15,456 nt of DNA, from IMG/VR virus record IMGVR_UViG_2698536485_000022. One strand, given 5' to 3'. This DNA comes from a virus (Duplodnaviria; Heunggongvirae; Uroviricota; Caudoviricetes). A program made the translations under genes and the position numbers. Shown in pieces: positions 1-7,426 of the stretch. The number at the start of each line of letters is the position of its first letter. Positions within the stretch are counted from its first letter, which is position 1. Below the pieces are notes generated by a model. It was not told where the DNA came from and made no database searches. It was given only the letters and a program-made list of their open reading frames with translations.

Positions 1-420
1 ATGACGGATTATCAGCCATACAGGAAAGGAACTGTGCTTGCCCCAACTGGGCCATGCAATCATCTTCATGTGATTTGTAATGATCCTGTTTATTACCCCG
101 TTAACGATTGTTATTGTGTTTTAGTTGTTAATATTTCTAGTATCAAGGATGGGGTACCCCACGATCCGTCTTGCGTCTTGAATTCCGGTGATCATCGCTT
201 TATCAAGCATCCAAGTTATGTTGTTTACGCTGAAGCTATAATTTGGCGAGTGGATAACATGGTTAGAAAGCAGCGATCGGGTGAGATTTCTGTTCATGAT
301 GATATGCCAGAAGCTACATTCAATAGAATTCTGGACGGTTTTGATATATCTGATGAAGTTACGCCAAAGAACCTTAAATTTAAAAATAAATATTGCGTAT
401 CATCTATTGATGATGAGTAA
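1..420 (+). CDS. hypothetical protein (139 aa); true start may lie upstream of the window
   Basis: ORF from ATG at position 1 to TAA at 418-420 (MTDYQPYRKGTVLAPTGPC...). No family recognised by eye. Same strand as the downstream CoiA-like gene. Confidence 0.4.
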   Translation: MTDYQPYRKGTVLAPTGPCNHLHVICNDPVYYPVNDCYCVLVVNISSIKDGVPHDPSCVLNSGDHRFIKHPSYVVYAEAIIWRVDNMVRKQRSGEISVHDDMPEATFNRILDGFDISDEVTPKNLKFKNKYCVSSIDDE

Positions 421-459
421 ACAACAGGAATTGTTTCGGTATAGCTTCTGGTGTTTTCT

Positions 460-633
460 ATGGAAGATCAAAAAGCAACCAAGCCACAGCTTAAGTTCGA
501 CACAATGAAAGCATTCGCAGGTATGGGTGCTGCTGTTGAAGTTCTGATGAAGGCTGCTCCTAATGCGTTCACTCACGTTACTGTCTCTGGTAAAGAGCAG
601 CAGGGTAAGCTTCGTCGTCGCAAAGCAGTATGA
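460..633 (+). CDS. small hypothetical protein (57 aa), doubtful
   Basis: ATG 460 is in frame with track ORF 451-633 (GTG 451). Gly/Ala-rich core and basic tail (GKLRRRKAV). No convincing Shine-Dalgarno; may be non-coding. Confidence 0.2.
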   Translation: MEDQKATKPQLKFDTMKAFAGMGAAVEVLMKAAPNAFTHVTVSGKEQQGKLRRRKAV

Positions 634-771
634 TTCATAGGTGGTGATTTTTTAAAAATGTCTTTAGACATAATGTCGTTCACTTAAGTATGGTGGTACT
701 GCGTTTCACCAGATAATGGTTTTTTGATATCTTAATTTCCCTCGCCAGGAGGGTAAATACAGGTAGCATGA

Positions 772-1806
772 ATGCCACTAAAAGCGTCACTTAACGGAAA
801 AGAAATTCATTCTTTTGAATTTAACTCTCAGGAATGGGAATATCTTAAACAGACATATAAAAGCCAGTCTTTGTTTATGTCGTGCTGTGGTCAGCCTGGT
901 ATACCTAAAACAAGCAAACTTAATAACTATTACTTTGCACATAAATCCAAAAGCGATTGCCTGTATGCGAAAGAAAGCGCAGAACATTTATATCTCAAAT
1001 TCTTAATCGCAAAATTAGCCAGTGATGCTGGCTGGTCAGTTACTACCGAAAAACAAGGGGTGACCCCAACAGGAGAACAATGGATTGCCGATGTGTTTTG
1101 TACCAGAAATAACGCGAAACTGGTTTTCGAAGTACAGTTATCACCGCAAAAAGACGATGAATTTAAAGAACGTCAAAAACGATATATCGCATCAGGAGTC
1201 CGTGCACTGTGGTTGCGAAAGTTACGTAAAGGAAGTAAAGAGCATGGTGGGAATATATACCATAGCTACGATTTACCTGTTTTTGGTGTGCGTCAGAATG
1301 AAAATGGGGACTTGTATCTACCACAGTTTGGGATTAGTGTCAGGGAGTTTATCGCGGGTGTTTTTGCCAGAAAGCTATTATGGTTCCCAAAGGTTGGGGA
1401 TGTGCTGACTGCAAAAATAGAATCGCGAGTTACAAAATGCTGGAGATGTAAGAAACGAACTGGAATTATCAGGGGTATTTCTGTTTACAGTAAGTCCGTA
1501 TTCGTCAAGTTTTTATCTTTTCGTGATTCTGATGTCAAAGAACTAATAGCCATTCACGTGGATAACAAAAAACTCTGGGCGGCTGGAATTGGTACTGTTA
1601 AGGACAGAGACAGTGATTGTTATTTATCTAACTGTTGCATACATTGTTATTCGCTTATAGGAGATTTCTTTTTATTAGAGGTTTTCGACTACCCGAATGA
1701 TAAACAAAAGATAATGATAGAATTTACTTTTACTTATGCTAGCAATATGAAAATCTTATCCAGCGAGTGGGTATTTGATGGTAAAAAAGCTGAAATGTTT
1801 TTCTGA
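772..1806 (+). CDS. CoiA-like PD-(D/E)xK nuclease-family protein with Cys-rich C-terminal half
   Basis: 344-aa ORF from ATG 772. Motif series YFAHK ... ESAEHLYLK ... IADVFC ... LVFEVQLS ... RYIASGVRALWL matches what I recall for CoiA-family nucleases (D ... E-x-Q catalytic pattern). C-terminal half has CWRCKK and CCIHC clusters. Visibly AT-rich compared with the phage backbone. Confidence 0.55.
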   Translation: MPLKASLNGKEIHSFEFNSQEWEYLKQTYKSQSLFMSCCGQPGIPKTSKLNNYYFAHKSKSDCLYAKESAEHLYLKFLIAKLASDAGWSVTTEKQGVTPTGEQWIADVFCTRNNAKLVFEVQLSPQKDDEFKERQKRYIASGVRALWLRKLRKGSKEHGGNIYHSYDLPVFGVRQNENGDLYLPQFGISVREFIAGVFARKLLWFPKVGDVLTAKIESRVTKCWRCKKRTGIIRGISVYSKSVFVKFLSFRDSDVKELIAIHVDNKKLWAAGIGTVKDRDSDCYLSNCCIHCYSLIGDFFLLEVFDYPNDKQKIMIEFTFTYASNMKILSSEWVFDGKKAEMFF

Positions 1807-1842
1807 TGCTGTCTTATCCTCGTTGCCATCCCGAAATGACAG

Positions 1843-1875
1843 GAACATCTGGGGGATGTTCTGGGTATTGTGTTC
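1843..1875 (+). terminator. weak candidate terminator hairpin downstream of the CoiA-like gene
   Basis: Inverted repeat GAACATC-tgggg-GATGTTC (1843-1861) followed by a U-rich but interrupted tract. Weak. Confidence 0.25.
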
Positions 1876-1997
1876 ATAACAAAATGCCCCGACTATCAGA
1901 GCCGAGGGAAATTAAGATATCAAAATAACATTATCTGGTGAAATGCAGAGCAGCTCATCTTAAGTGAACGGCATTGGCCTTTATGCGTTTTTTTTCT

Positions 1998-2291
1998 TTA
2001 GTGATGTTCTTTGCTCTTCTGTTTGTCTGTTCTGACCCGTTCCCACTCGATACGTCCTTCTTCTCGTCTTTTATCTATGTATTCCGCAAGATCCTGAATA
2101 TTGATGCAACGTTTTGCTTTTTGTGATGTGCCAATGCGATATGTAGGAACAGGCAACTTACAAGCGTTTGCTTTTGCTTCTGCTGTGGCTGGACTCATAC
2201 CAAAGTACTTTTGGCTAACTGCTGAGAGTTCAATGTTTGAGGTATTGAATTCAGCCATCAGTAAAAACAAGGTGTTCATAAATTTCTCCAT
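1998..2291 (-). CDS. PrtN-family small DNA-binding protein (pyocin-activator / excisionase-like)
   Basis: Track ORF 1998-2354 (TTG start) trimmed to ATG 2291 (MEKFMNTLFLLMAEF...). Pattern MNT-FLLMA ... YF ... LPVPTYRIG-SQKA ... DLAEYIDKRR matches my recollection of the PrtN family. Lies 28 bp downstream of the membrane gene on the same strand. Confidence 0.6.
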   Translation of the reverse strand: MEKFMNTLFLLMAEFNTSNIELSAVSQKYFGMSPATAEAKANACKLPVPTYRIGTSQKAKRCINIQDLAEYIDKRREEGRIEWERVRTDKQKSKEHH

Positions 2292-2319
2292 TATCCCGGC
2301 TGCACCCGGGAGTAATATA

Positions 2320-3186
2320 TTAATTAATAGCGTCTTTGCTCTGAAGTACAGCAAATGCCATTAATACCTCTAAAGTATATCGTCTATAAAACTTAACGAA
2401 TCCAACATAAAAAACATAGACGAAGAAAAAGCTAAGTAGCGTCGAAATAGAAATATAAGACACCGCCCCGCCTTCTATAGCACGATAAATTAATGTTAGA
2501 AATGATATCCAAAATGTAATTACAAATACTAAACAAATATTTCTGCAAAAACCATATAATGCAACATAGTTTTGAATTTTTGTTTGATGTTGATTAGAAA
2601 ATTCATAGACGTAATGATAAGCCAATCTGAAAAGATCATCATGAAGACCTGTCCTGATGTTTAATAATTTATCGTCTATTCTGAATTTTTTTTCATAACC
2701 TTCTTTGATCATTAGCCATGTGGTATTAGCTAATTGAAATGGCAATGATTGTGAATAACATAGTTTTTGAGTGGCGTAATCCCATGGTATTATCGGGAAT
2801 AACATCACTTTGATTATGCAGTATTTTATTTTTCTCTTTGTGTCTTCGTTCTGTTTGTCACTTGATGGTGTTAAGACGTTTTTTTTGTCATCTGATAACT
2901 TATTAAATAGATATTCTGACGGATATTGCAATTCTTCGTTCATATATTTTTCAATAAAAAATGCGGATGTGATAGATATAAAGTGTCCAGCTATGTAAGA
3001 TATGATTACTATTGAACCATAGTTCAAAATGCCAAAGATTTGACTTTGACCTCTGAGCAATTCAGTTAAGTCAATAACAATATCTAGATCGAATGTCAAA
3101 CCACAGAAATACATTAACAGGATAAAAAATCCACCTGGTATTAAATATCCAAGAAAGTCATAGAATGAGAATGGATTTTGATTCAT
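2320..3186 (-). CDS. multi-pass inner-membrane protein, AT-rich cargo gene, function unknown
   Basis: Track ORF 2320-3210 (TTG) trimmed to ATG 3186, preceded by GGAGAG. 288 aa with at least four helix-length hydrophobic segments (FLGYLIPGGFFILLMYFCGLTF, IFGILNYGSIVIISYIAGHFISITSAFF, ICLVFVITFWISFLTLIY, ISISTLLSFFFVYVFYVGFV). Strongly AT-rich. Confidence 0.7.
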   Translation of the reverse strand: MNQNPFSFYDFLGYLIPGGFFILLMYFCGLTFDLDIVIDLTELLRGQSQIFGILNYGSIVIISYIAGHFISITSAFFIEKYMNEELQYPSEYLFNKLSDDKKNVLTPSSDKQNEDTKRKIKYCIIKVMLFPIIPWDYATQKLCYSQSLPFQLANTTWLMIKEGYEKKFRIDDKLLNIRTGLHDDLFRLAYHYVYEFSNQHQTKIQNYVALYGFCRNICLVFVITFWISFLTLIYRAIEGGAVSYISISTLLSFFFVYVFYVGFVKFYRRYTLEVLMAFAVLQSKDAIN

Positions 3187-3294
3187 CGTTGCTCTCCATA
3201 AATTTTTCAATTTGTAATATAACCTATATCTATATGTTAATAAATTACTTATATGTTCTTTTATGGTAGAGTTTGAATTTGTACGTGCTAATTT

Positions 3295-3819
3295 TTACGA
3301 CTCAGTTAACTCTTTAAAGCGTTCCATAAACATCCCGTAGGCATGGCCCGGTGCCAGTGGAATCACGTTGAACATCTCTGTTGCCGGGATGCCTTCCAGT
3401 ACAGGCCAGAAAGAGCCATCATCAAGCCCGAGATCGCGGCGTTCGGTTGCCAGCATGATGAGATCGGCATATTTCACGGGCGTACTCATAACCGGGGGTA
3501 ACCCGTATTTCTCACGGATTACGGCGTCTATTTTTTCTTCCATCCGTTTATAGTCAGGAAGAAGGCGTTTCAGTGGTGCGGGAATGTCCTGGCAATACGC
3601 TTCTGTTGCATCATGCATTAACGCTTCAAAAGCAAATTCCTGCGGCACCAGCTGGCTGCAAAGCACCGCATGTTGGGCGACGCTGTAGAAGTGAGAAAGA
3701 TGACCGGCAAAGCGACAGATATTTGAAAGGGAAACCGCGATATCGTTAATAACGATGTCATCTTTATTTATCTTGTCATAATAAAAATGCTTCCCGGAAA
3801 AAGTTTTAATAAATGACAT
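3295..3819 (-). CDS. yfdR: HD-domain phosphohydrolase, YfbR/YfdR-like 5'-deoxynucleotidase family
   Basis: Track ORF 3295-3846 trimmed to ATG 3819 with GGAG 8 nt upstream; 174 aa. HD signature AGHLSHFYSVAQHAV ... ALMHDATEAYCQDIP. Size and position next to a 274-aa gene match my recollection of CPS-53 yfdR. Confidence 0.7.
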   Translation of the reverse strand: MSFIKTFSGKHFYYDKINKDDIVINDIAVSLSNICRFAGHLSHFYSVAQHAVLCSQLVPQEFAFEALMHDATEAYCQDIPAPLKRLLPDYKRMEEKIDAVIREKYGLPPVMSTPVKYADLIMLATERRDLGLDDGSFWPVLEGIPATEMFNVIPLAPGHAYGMFMERFKELTES

Positions 3820-3946
3820 TTTGTTCTCCACGTATATGCGCTGCACCGCGCTGAATTTGGGTAAAAGGAAGCCCTCACCATCCGGTGATTATTGAGTTAA
3901 TTACGTTTCCATAAATGCCCCCGCAGGGGCATTTGCAGTAATGAAA

Positions 3947-4771
3947 TCAGGCGGTGAAAGTACCAATAAAGGTTTCTACTTTGCTGTCTTTGAATTTCTC
4001 AACAAGCAGATCACGAAATTCGTTAGCCATATCTTCCTGCACCGCTTCCAGCTGAATAATGCGCAGAACCAGTACAGGACGATCGCCAGTGATAATGCTG
4101 AGGCGTAATTTAAACGGACGTTCTTTCAGACCTTCAAACGGAACGCATTTAAATTCAAATGCCACTGGCATAATGTCTTTGGTCTTCGCTTCGACAGATT
4201 CCATCAGGGAGCGTTTGCCGCTGAAGTCATTATCTTCAAAATCAGCGGTCTGGTTTGCTTCAATCGTGATTTTACGGATTGCCGCAGCCGCTTTTGTTGC
4301 CTGAATGGCGCCACCATTAGCATCAAAGCCCACAAGGTAGTCGGCCCAGTCTTCAATCCATTCTGCCAGTGATTTCTGGGAGTTACGCTCGCCGTTAACA
4401 GACAACAGGGCAGAGAACGGTGCTGTCTTTTTCAGTTTGAGAGTGGCGGTGTTATCTGCGTGACCTGGTTCATCAATAGTACCCAGGTTAAGCACACTGA
4501 CGGCACGCATATTATCAGCATCGATAAAGCAGCGGGTGCCTTCATCTGCAAGATCTTTAGAATAACGGGTAAAGTCATCGATGCTGGCAGTGGAAAGCGC
4601 ACCACGGAAACGGAAGCGATTTAAATTAAATTTTTCCAGATCATGAATGCGGAAATTCTCAGGCAATGCCACAGCATCGGCACCAATCTTACTGATAATT
4701 TCATTAACACCCTGAGCAGAAATAAGGGCATGGATTTGATTAATTGCGGTTGCGTCTAAGTTCTGAGACAT
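3947..4771 (-). CDS. yfdQ: YfdQ-like prophage protein (DUF2303-type)
   Basis: 274-aa ORF from ATG 4771 with GAGGA Shine-Dalgarno. Length and synteny (120-aa gene upstream, HD-domain gene downstream) match the yfdP-yfdQ-yfdR order of K-12 CPS-53 as I recall it. Not verified by alignment. Confidence 0.55.
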   Translation of the reverse strand: MSQNLDATAINQIHALISAQGVNEIISKIGADAVALPENFRIHDLEKFNLNRFRFRGALSTASIDDFTRYSKDLADEGTRCFIDADNMRAVSVLNLGTIDEPGHADNTATLKLKKTAPFSALLSVNGERNSQKSLAEWIEDWADYLVGFDANGGAIQATKAAAAIRKITIEANQTADFEDNDFSGKRSLMESVEAKTKDIMPVAFEFKCVPFEGLKERPFKLRLSIITGDRPVLVLRIIQLEAVQEDMANEFRDLLVEKFKDSKVETFIGTFTA

Positions 4772-4836
4772 AATAAGTCCTCACTATATAAAGATATTCA
4801 GTGATGAGATAAATAATCAGTTAATTAAGAACGATA

Positions 4837-5199
4837 TTAATGACCTGCTGCGCGTAGTTTTCCGTCAGGTTCACCGGCAAGAGTCAGTAATTGTCCCTGG
4901 TCTTCCTGCAGAATAGTCAGGCGACCACCGCGATTGACATACATCGGCGTTTCGGTGGTGTCTTCTTCGGAAATTTTCCCGCGGTTAGTCGGGCGAACAT
5001 ATGAGAGTTTGTGTTTGATTTTCACACGGTTCTCATCAAATGGTTCGATTTCCAGGTTGAGTGAGACCTTACCTTTGGTTTTCGTGTTCATCACACCGGA
5101 AGCGACTTCACTGAGAACTGCGCCGATTTTGGTTTCAAATACGCCGCCGTCCAGCTCCCCGATAAATGCCTGCACATCAGTACTGCGTTCGCTAGCCAT
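4837..5199 (-). CDS. YfdP-like small prophage protein (120 aa)
   Basis: Track ORF 4837-5430 trimmed to ATG 5199, which has AGGAG 7 nt upstream (MASERSTDVQAFIGELDGG...). The 77-codon upstream extension overlaps structured RNA and looks non-coding. Confidence 0.55.
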   Translation of the reverse strand: MASERSTDVQAFIGELDGGVFETKIGAVLSEVASGVMNTKTKGKVSLNLEIEPFDENRVKIKHKLSYVRPTNRGKISEEDTTETPMYVNRGGRLTILQEDQGQLLTLAGEPDGKLRAAGH

Positions 5200-5247
5200 T
5201 TTGCTGCTCCTCATCATATCGACCCTGCAAGGTCGGTTGGTTTCTCC

Positions 5248-5336
5248 ACAAAACAGAGAAGAACACCTGCGGTGGCAGCCGCCCGGATGGATTGGGTTAT
5301 GAGCCCGTCGTCCGGTGATGCTCTTCTCTGTTTTGT
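5248..5336. repeat. perfect 15-bp inverted repeat (ACAAAACAGAGAAGA / TCTTCTCTGTTTTGT) flanking a 59-bp GC-rich spacer with nested hairpins
   Basis: Arms at 5248-5262 and 5322-5336 are exact reverse complements. The spacer contains CCGGA ... TCCGG and GCGG ... CCGC pairings. Lies 50-140 nt upstream of the yfdP-like start. Confidence 0.8.
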
Positions 5337-5400
5337 AAAAAGAGCGGTACCAGCCGGAAGCAAGGGTACAAACTGGTACCGCCAAAGCAGTGGCTGTTGT
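5334..5400 (-). ncRNA. candidate DicF-like sRNA ending in an intrinsic terminator (tL-like)
   Basis: Minus-strand RNA forms GCGGUACCAG-(19 nt loop)-CUGGUACCGC (5344-5353 / 5373-5382) followed by UCUUUUUAC. The 5' part CUUUGGCGGUACCAGUUUGUACCC resembles the DicF core UUUGGCGGUAUCAGUUUUACUCC as I recall it. Sits downstream of the pL-like promoter, as dicF does relative to dicA. Confidence 0.35.
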
Positions 5401-5799
5401 GGTGGGGTTGTCACTCAGGCGTATGGTCAACCTGACAATCCGGTGTCCTCAACGGGGAAAGAGTAACCCCGCCATACTTACCGCCGCGCCATTTCGCGGA
5501 TTACCACAACGCTGAGAGCACTTAGCCAGTTACGGCACCACACTTTGTCGCGGCTCCATAAATGCCCTCATCGTTGCCCCCTGGTCTCTTCCCTGGCGTC
5601 AAACCGGATCGCCGCGCTGGTTAGGCGTCTTATCAGCATCCTCATTGACTTGCACATTCCGGCTACCTGGTTTGTTTGCCCGAGCAAGGAGTGGATTATC
5701 CCCTTTAACGTCACCAGACCGCTAACGACGCATGTGCCATACGCCGTGTTACAACCAAATTTTGTTTAATCTTGCCTGTGTTGTGTTTCTTTTAGATAC

Positions 5800-5827
5800 A
5801 TTATGTATCCCGAGGGTACATTGTCAA
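5800..5827 (-). promoter_or_regulatory. candidate early-left promoter (pL-like) with overlapping palindromic operator
   Basis: On the minus strand: -35 TTGACA (5822-5827), 16-nt spacer, -10 CATAAT (5800-5805). Palindrome GATACA-TTA-TGTATC (5795-5809) overlaps the -10. GGTACA half-site at 5815-5820. Confidence 0.45.
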
Positions 5828-5831
5828 GTAT

Positions 5832-5854
5832 AAAAAAACCTGCCGAAGCAGGTT
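5832..5854 (-). terminator. rho-independent terminator ending the cI transcript
   Basis: Minus strand AACCTGC-TTCG-GCAGGTT followed by seven U, 12 nt after the cI stop codon (5866-5868). Confidence 0.65.
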
Positions 5855-5865
5855 ATAAATATTGA

Positions 5866-6540
5866 TTAGGCCTTTATTATGTATCTTCTTGGTTTTCCTG
5901 AGAAAATCACTGTACCAATTATAGAGCAATTACCGTTGATCTTAATGTAAGGTTCAGGCCAGTTTGGGTTTAATGCTTTGAGGTAACGCTGTGTTCCATC
6001 TTCTATCAACCGCTTGAAGGTGGTTTCGCCTGTATCGTGCATCAATGCAATAACGTCGTCACCGTGGCAGGCAGGGACTTCAGGATCAACAAAAATCATG
6101 TCTCCCGGGCGGTACTCATCAATCATTGAATCACCAATCACCCGCAAGATATAAGTCATTTCGCCACAGGGTACAGGGCAGGGGTAAGTTTCTGCTGTGC
6201 TCAAATCAACCTCAGAATAGCCAACTTCTTTCCATGCTCCGGCCTGTACCCATGATATGACAGGGACTAACGTTATTTGTTTGTTAGTGATTGAAACATC
6301 AGGTTTTTTTGTGATGTTCGTGGTCTGGTGTTCTTGATCAAGCCATCCGACAGGCAGGTCGAAACATTTTTCGATGTGCCGCGCCATGCTGTCACCGATA
6401 TTTTTAGTAGCACCATCTCCCATAAACCTGCTGGTCTGGGTTGGCTCGCGATCAATCATGGTGGCAAAGGAAGAATTCCCGCCAACACCATCTCTCAGTT
6501 TTCTGGCGTTAGACCGCCGGATGTCATGGACTGTTTTCAT
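5866..6540 (-). CDS. cI: CI-type prophage repressor (N-terminal HTH, C-terminal S24 LexA-like autopeptidase)
   Basis: 224 aa from ATG 6540. C-terminal domain has the Ala-Gly cleavage site (VQAGAW), catalytic Ser in VIGDSM and Lys in TFKRL. Divergent from the cro-like gene. Confidence 0.85.
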   Translation of the reverse strand: MKTVHDIRRSNARKLRDGVGGNSSFATMIDREPTQTSRFMGDGATKNIGDSMARHIEKCFDLPVGWLDQEHQTTNITKKPDVSITNKQITLVPVISWVQAGAWKEVGYSEVDLSTAETYPCPVPCGEMTYILRVIGDSMIDEYRPGDMIFVDPEVPACHGDDVIALMHDTGETTFKRLIEDGTQRYLKALNPNWPEPYIKINGNCSIIGTVIFSGKPRRYIIKA

Positions 6541-6630
6541 AAAGAAATTAAAACCTTTGTACCGATAAGGTACAAGTATCTTGAAGGTTCATCTCAATCA
6601 TGTAATATGTATACCGGAAGTACATATTGT
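6541..6630. promoter_or_regulatory. divergent immunity-region promoter/operator segment (pRM / pR equivalents)
   Basis: Perfect palindrome TTGTACC-GATAA-GGTACAA at 6557-6575 and related TACA-TAT-TGTA at 6621-6631. Candidate pR hexamers TTGAAG (6581-6586) and TAATAT (6603-6608). Confidence 0.55.
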
Positions 6631-6831
6631 ATGAAAGCGTATTGGGACTCTTTAACCAAAGAACAGCAGGGCGAGTTGGCCGGAAAAGTTGGCTCAACAC
6701 CTGGCTACTTACGGCTGGTTTTCAATGGCTATAAAAAAGCCAGTTTTGTGCTGGCTAAAAAACTTGAGCAATGCACGTCAGGTGCAATTACGAAATCTGA
6801 CTTAAGACCGGATATCTATCCGAAAGATTAA
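6631..6831 (+). CDS. cro: Cro-like small HTH regulator (YdaS-type)
   Basis: 66 aa from ATG 6631, in frame with track ORF 6328-6831 (MKAYWDSLTKEQQGELAGKVGSTPGYLRLVFNGYKKASF ... DLRPD). Divergent from cI. The N-terminal part of the track ORF overlaps cI antisense and is rejected. Confidence 0.65.
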   Translation: MKAYWDSLTKEQQGELAGKVGSTPGYLRLVFNGYKKASFVLAKKLEQCTSGAITKSDLRPDIYPKD

Positions 6832-6862
6832 CAGAACACCTTCAATTTTTAACCACAGAACG

Positions 6863-7426
6863 ATGAGGCTAACCGTGGGTAAGCATCACTGGAAAGTAGA
6901 AAAACAGCCTGAGTGGTACGTGAAAGCTGTCAGAAAAACTATCGCGGCGTTGCCGGGGGGTTACGCTGAAGCTGCTGAGTGGCTGGATGTAACAGAGAAC
7001 GCTTTATTCAACCGCCTTCGTGCAGATGGCGATCAGATTTTCCCGCTGGGATGGGCAATGGTTTTACAGCGCGCGGCTGGCACTCACTACATTGCGGATG
7101 CTGTCGCACAGTCTGCTGGTGGGGTGTTTGTATCGCTTCCTGAAATTGAGGAAGTAGAGAACGCCGATATAAACCAGCGCCTGCTGGAAGTCATCGAACA
7201 GATCGGGAATTACTCAAAGCAGATTCGTTCGGCAATCGAAGATGGGGTCGTGGAGCCACACGAGCAGACAGCAATTAATGATGAGTTGTATCTGTCAATT
7301 TCGAAGCTCCAGGAGCATGCAGCACTGGTCTACAAAATCTTCTGCGCTCCAGAAAAGAGTGACGCCCGCGAGTGTGCAGCTCCGGGCGTCGTGGCGTTTT
7401 GTGTCTGTGGAGAAACTAACGCATGA
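6863..7426 (+). CDS. early regulatory protein, CII-like / YdaT-like family
   Basis: 187-aa ORF immediately after cro. Stop overlaps the next start (ATGA). Family call is by position and general resemblance only. Confidence 0.45.
   Translation: MRLTVGKHHWKVEKQPEWYVKAVRKTIAALPGGYAEAAEWLDVTENALFNRLRADGDQIFPLGWAMVLQRAAGTHYIADAVAQSAGGVFVSLPEIEEVENADINQRLLEVIEQIGNYSKQIRSAIEDGVVEPHEQTAINDELYLSISKLQEHAALVYKIFCAPEKSDARECAAPGVVAFCVCGETNA

Noticed and set aside
787-1408. Internal or antisense ORFs 787-987 (minus), 815-1006 (plus) and 1085-1408 (plus)
   Set aside because: All are nested within or antisense to the 344-aa CoiA-like ORF and are shorter with poorer composition.
2101-2364. 87-aa plus-strand ORF
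   Set aside because: Antisense to the PrtN-family gene, which has a recognisable family motif.
2810-2998. 62-aa plus-strand ORF
   Set aside because: Antisense to the membrane-protein gene; expected in AT-rich sequence.
5200-5430. N-terminal extension of track ORF 4837-5430 and overlapping ORFs 5214-5414 (minus) and 5272-5466 (plus)
   Set aside because: These overlap the inverted repeat and terminator structures and have odd composition (Pro/Thr/Cys-rich). A Shine-Dalgarno-preceded ATG at 5199 gives a protein of the expected 120 aa.
5545-5769. 74-aa plus-strand ORF in the early-left leader
   Set aside because: It lies antisense to the leftward early transcript, has no Shine-Dalgarno, and has Cys/Pro-rich atypical composition. 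Probably non-coding.
6328-6630. N-terminal 101 codons of track ORF 6328-6831 (plus strand)
   Set aside because: This stretch lies antisense to the cI coding sequence and crosses the operator region. Only the C-terminal 66 codons from ATG 6631 look like a Cro-type protein.
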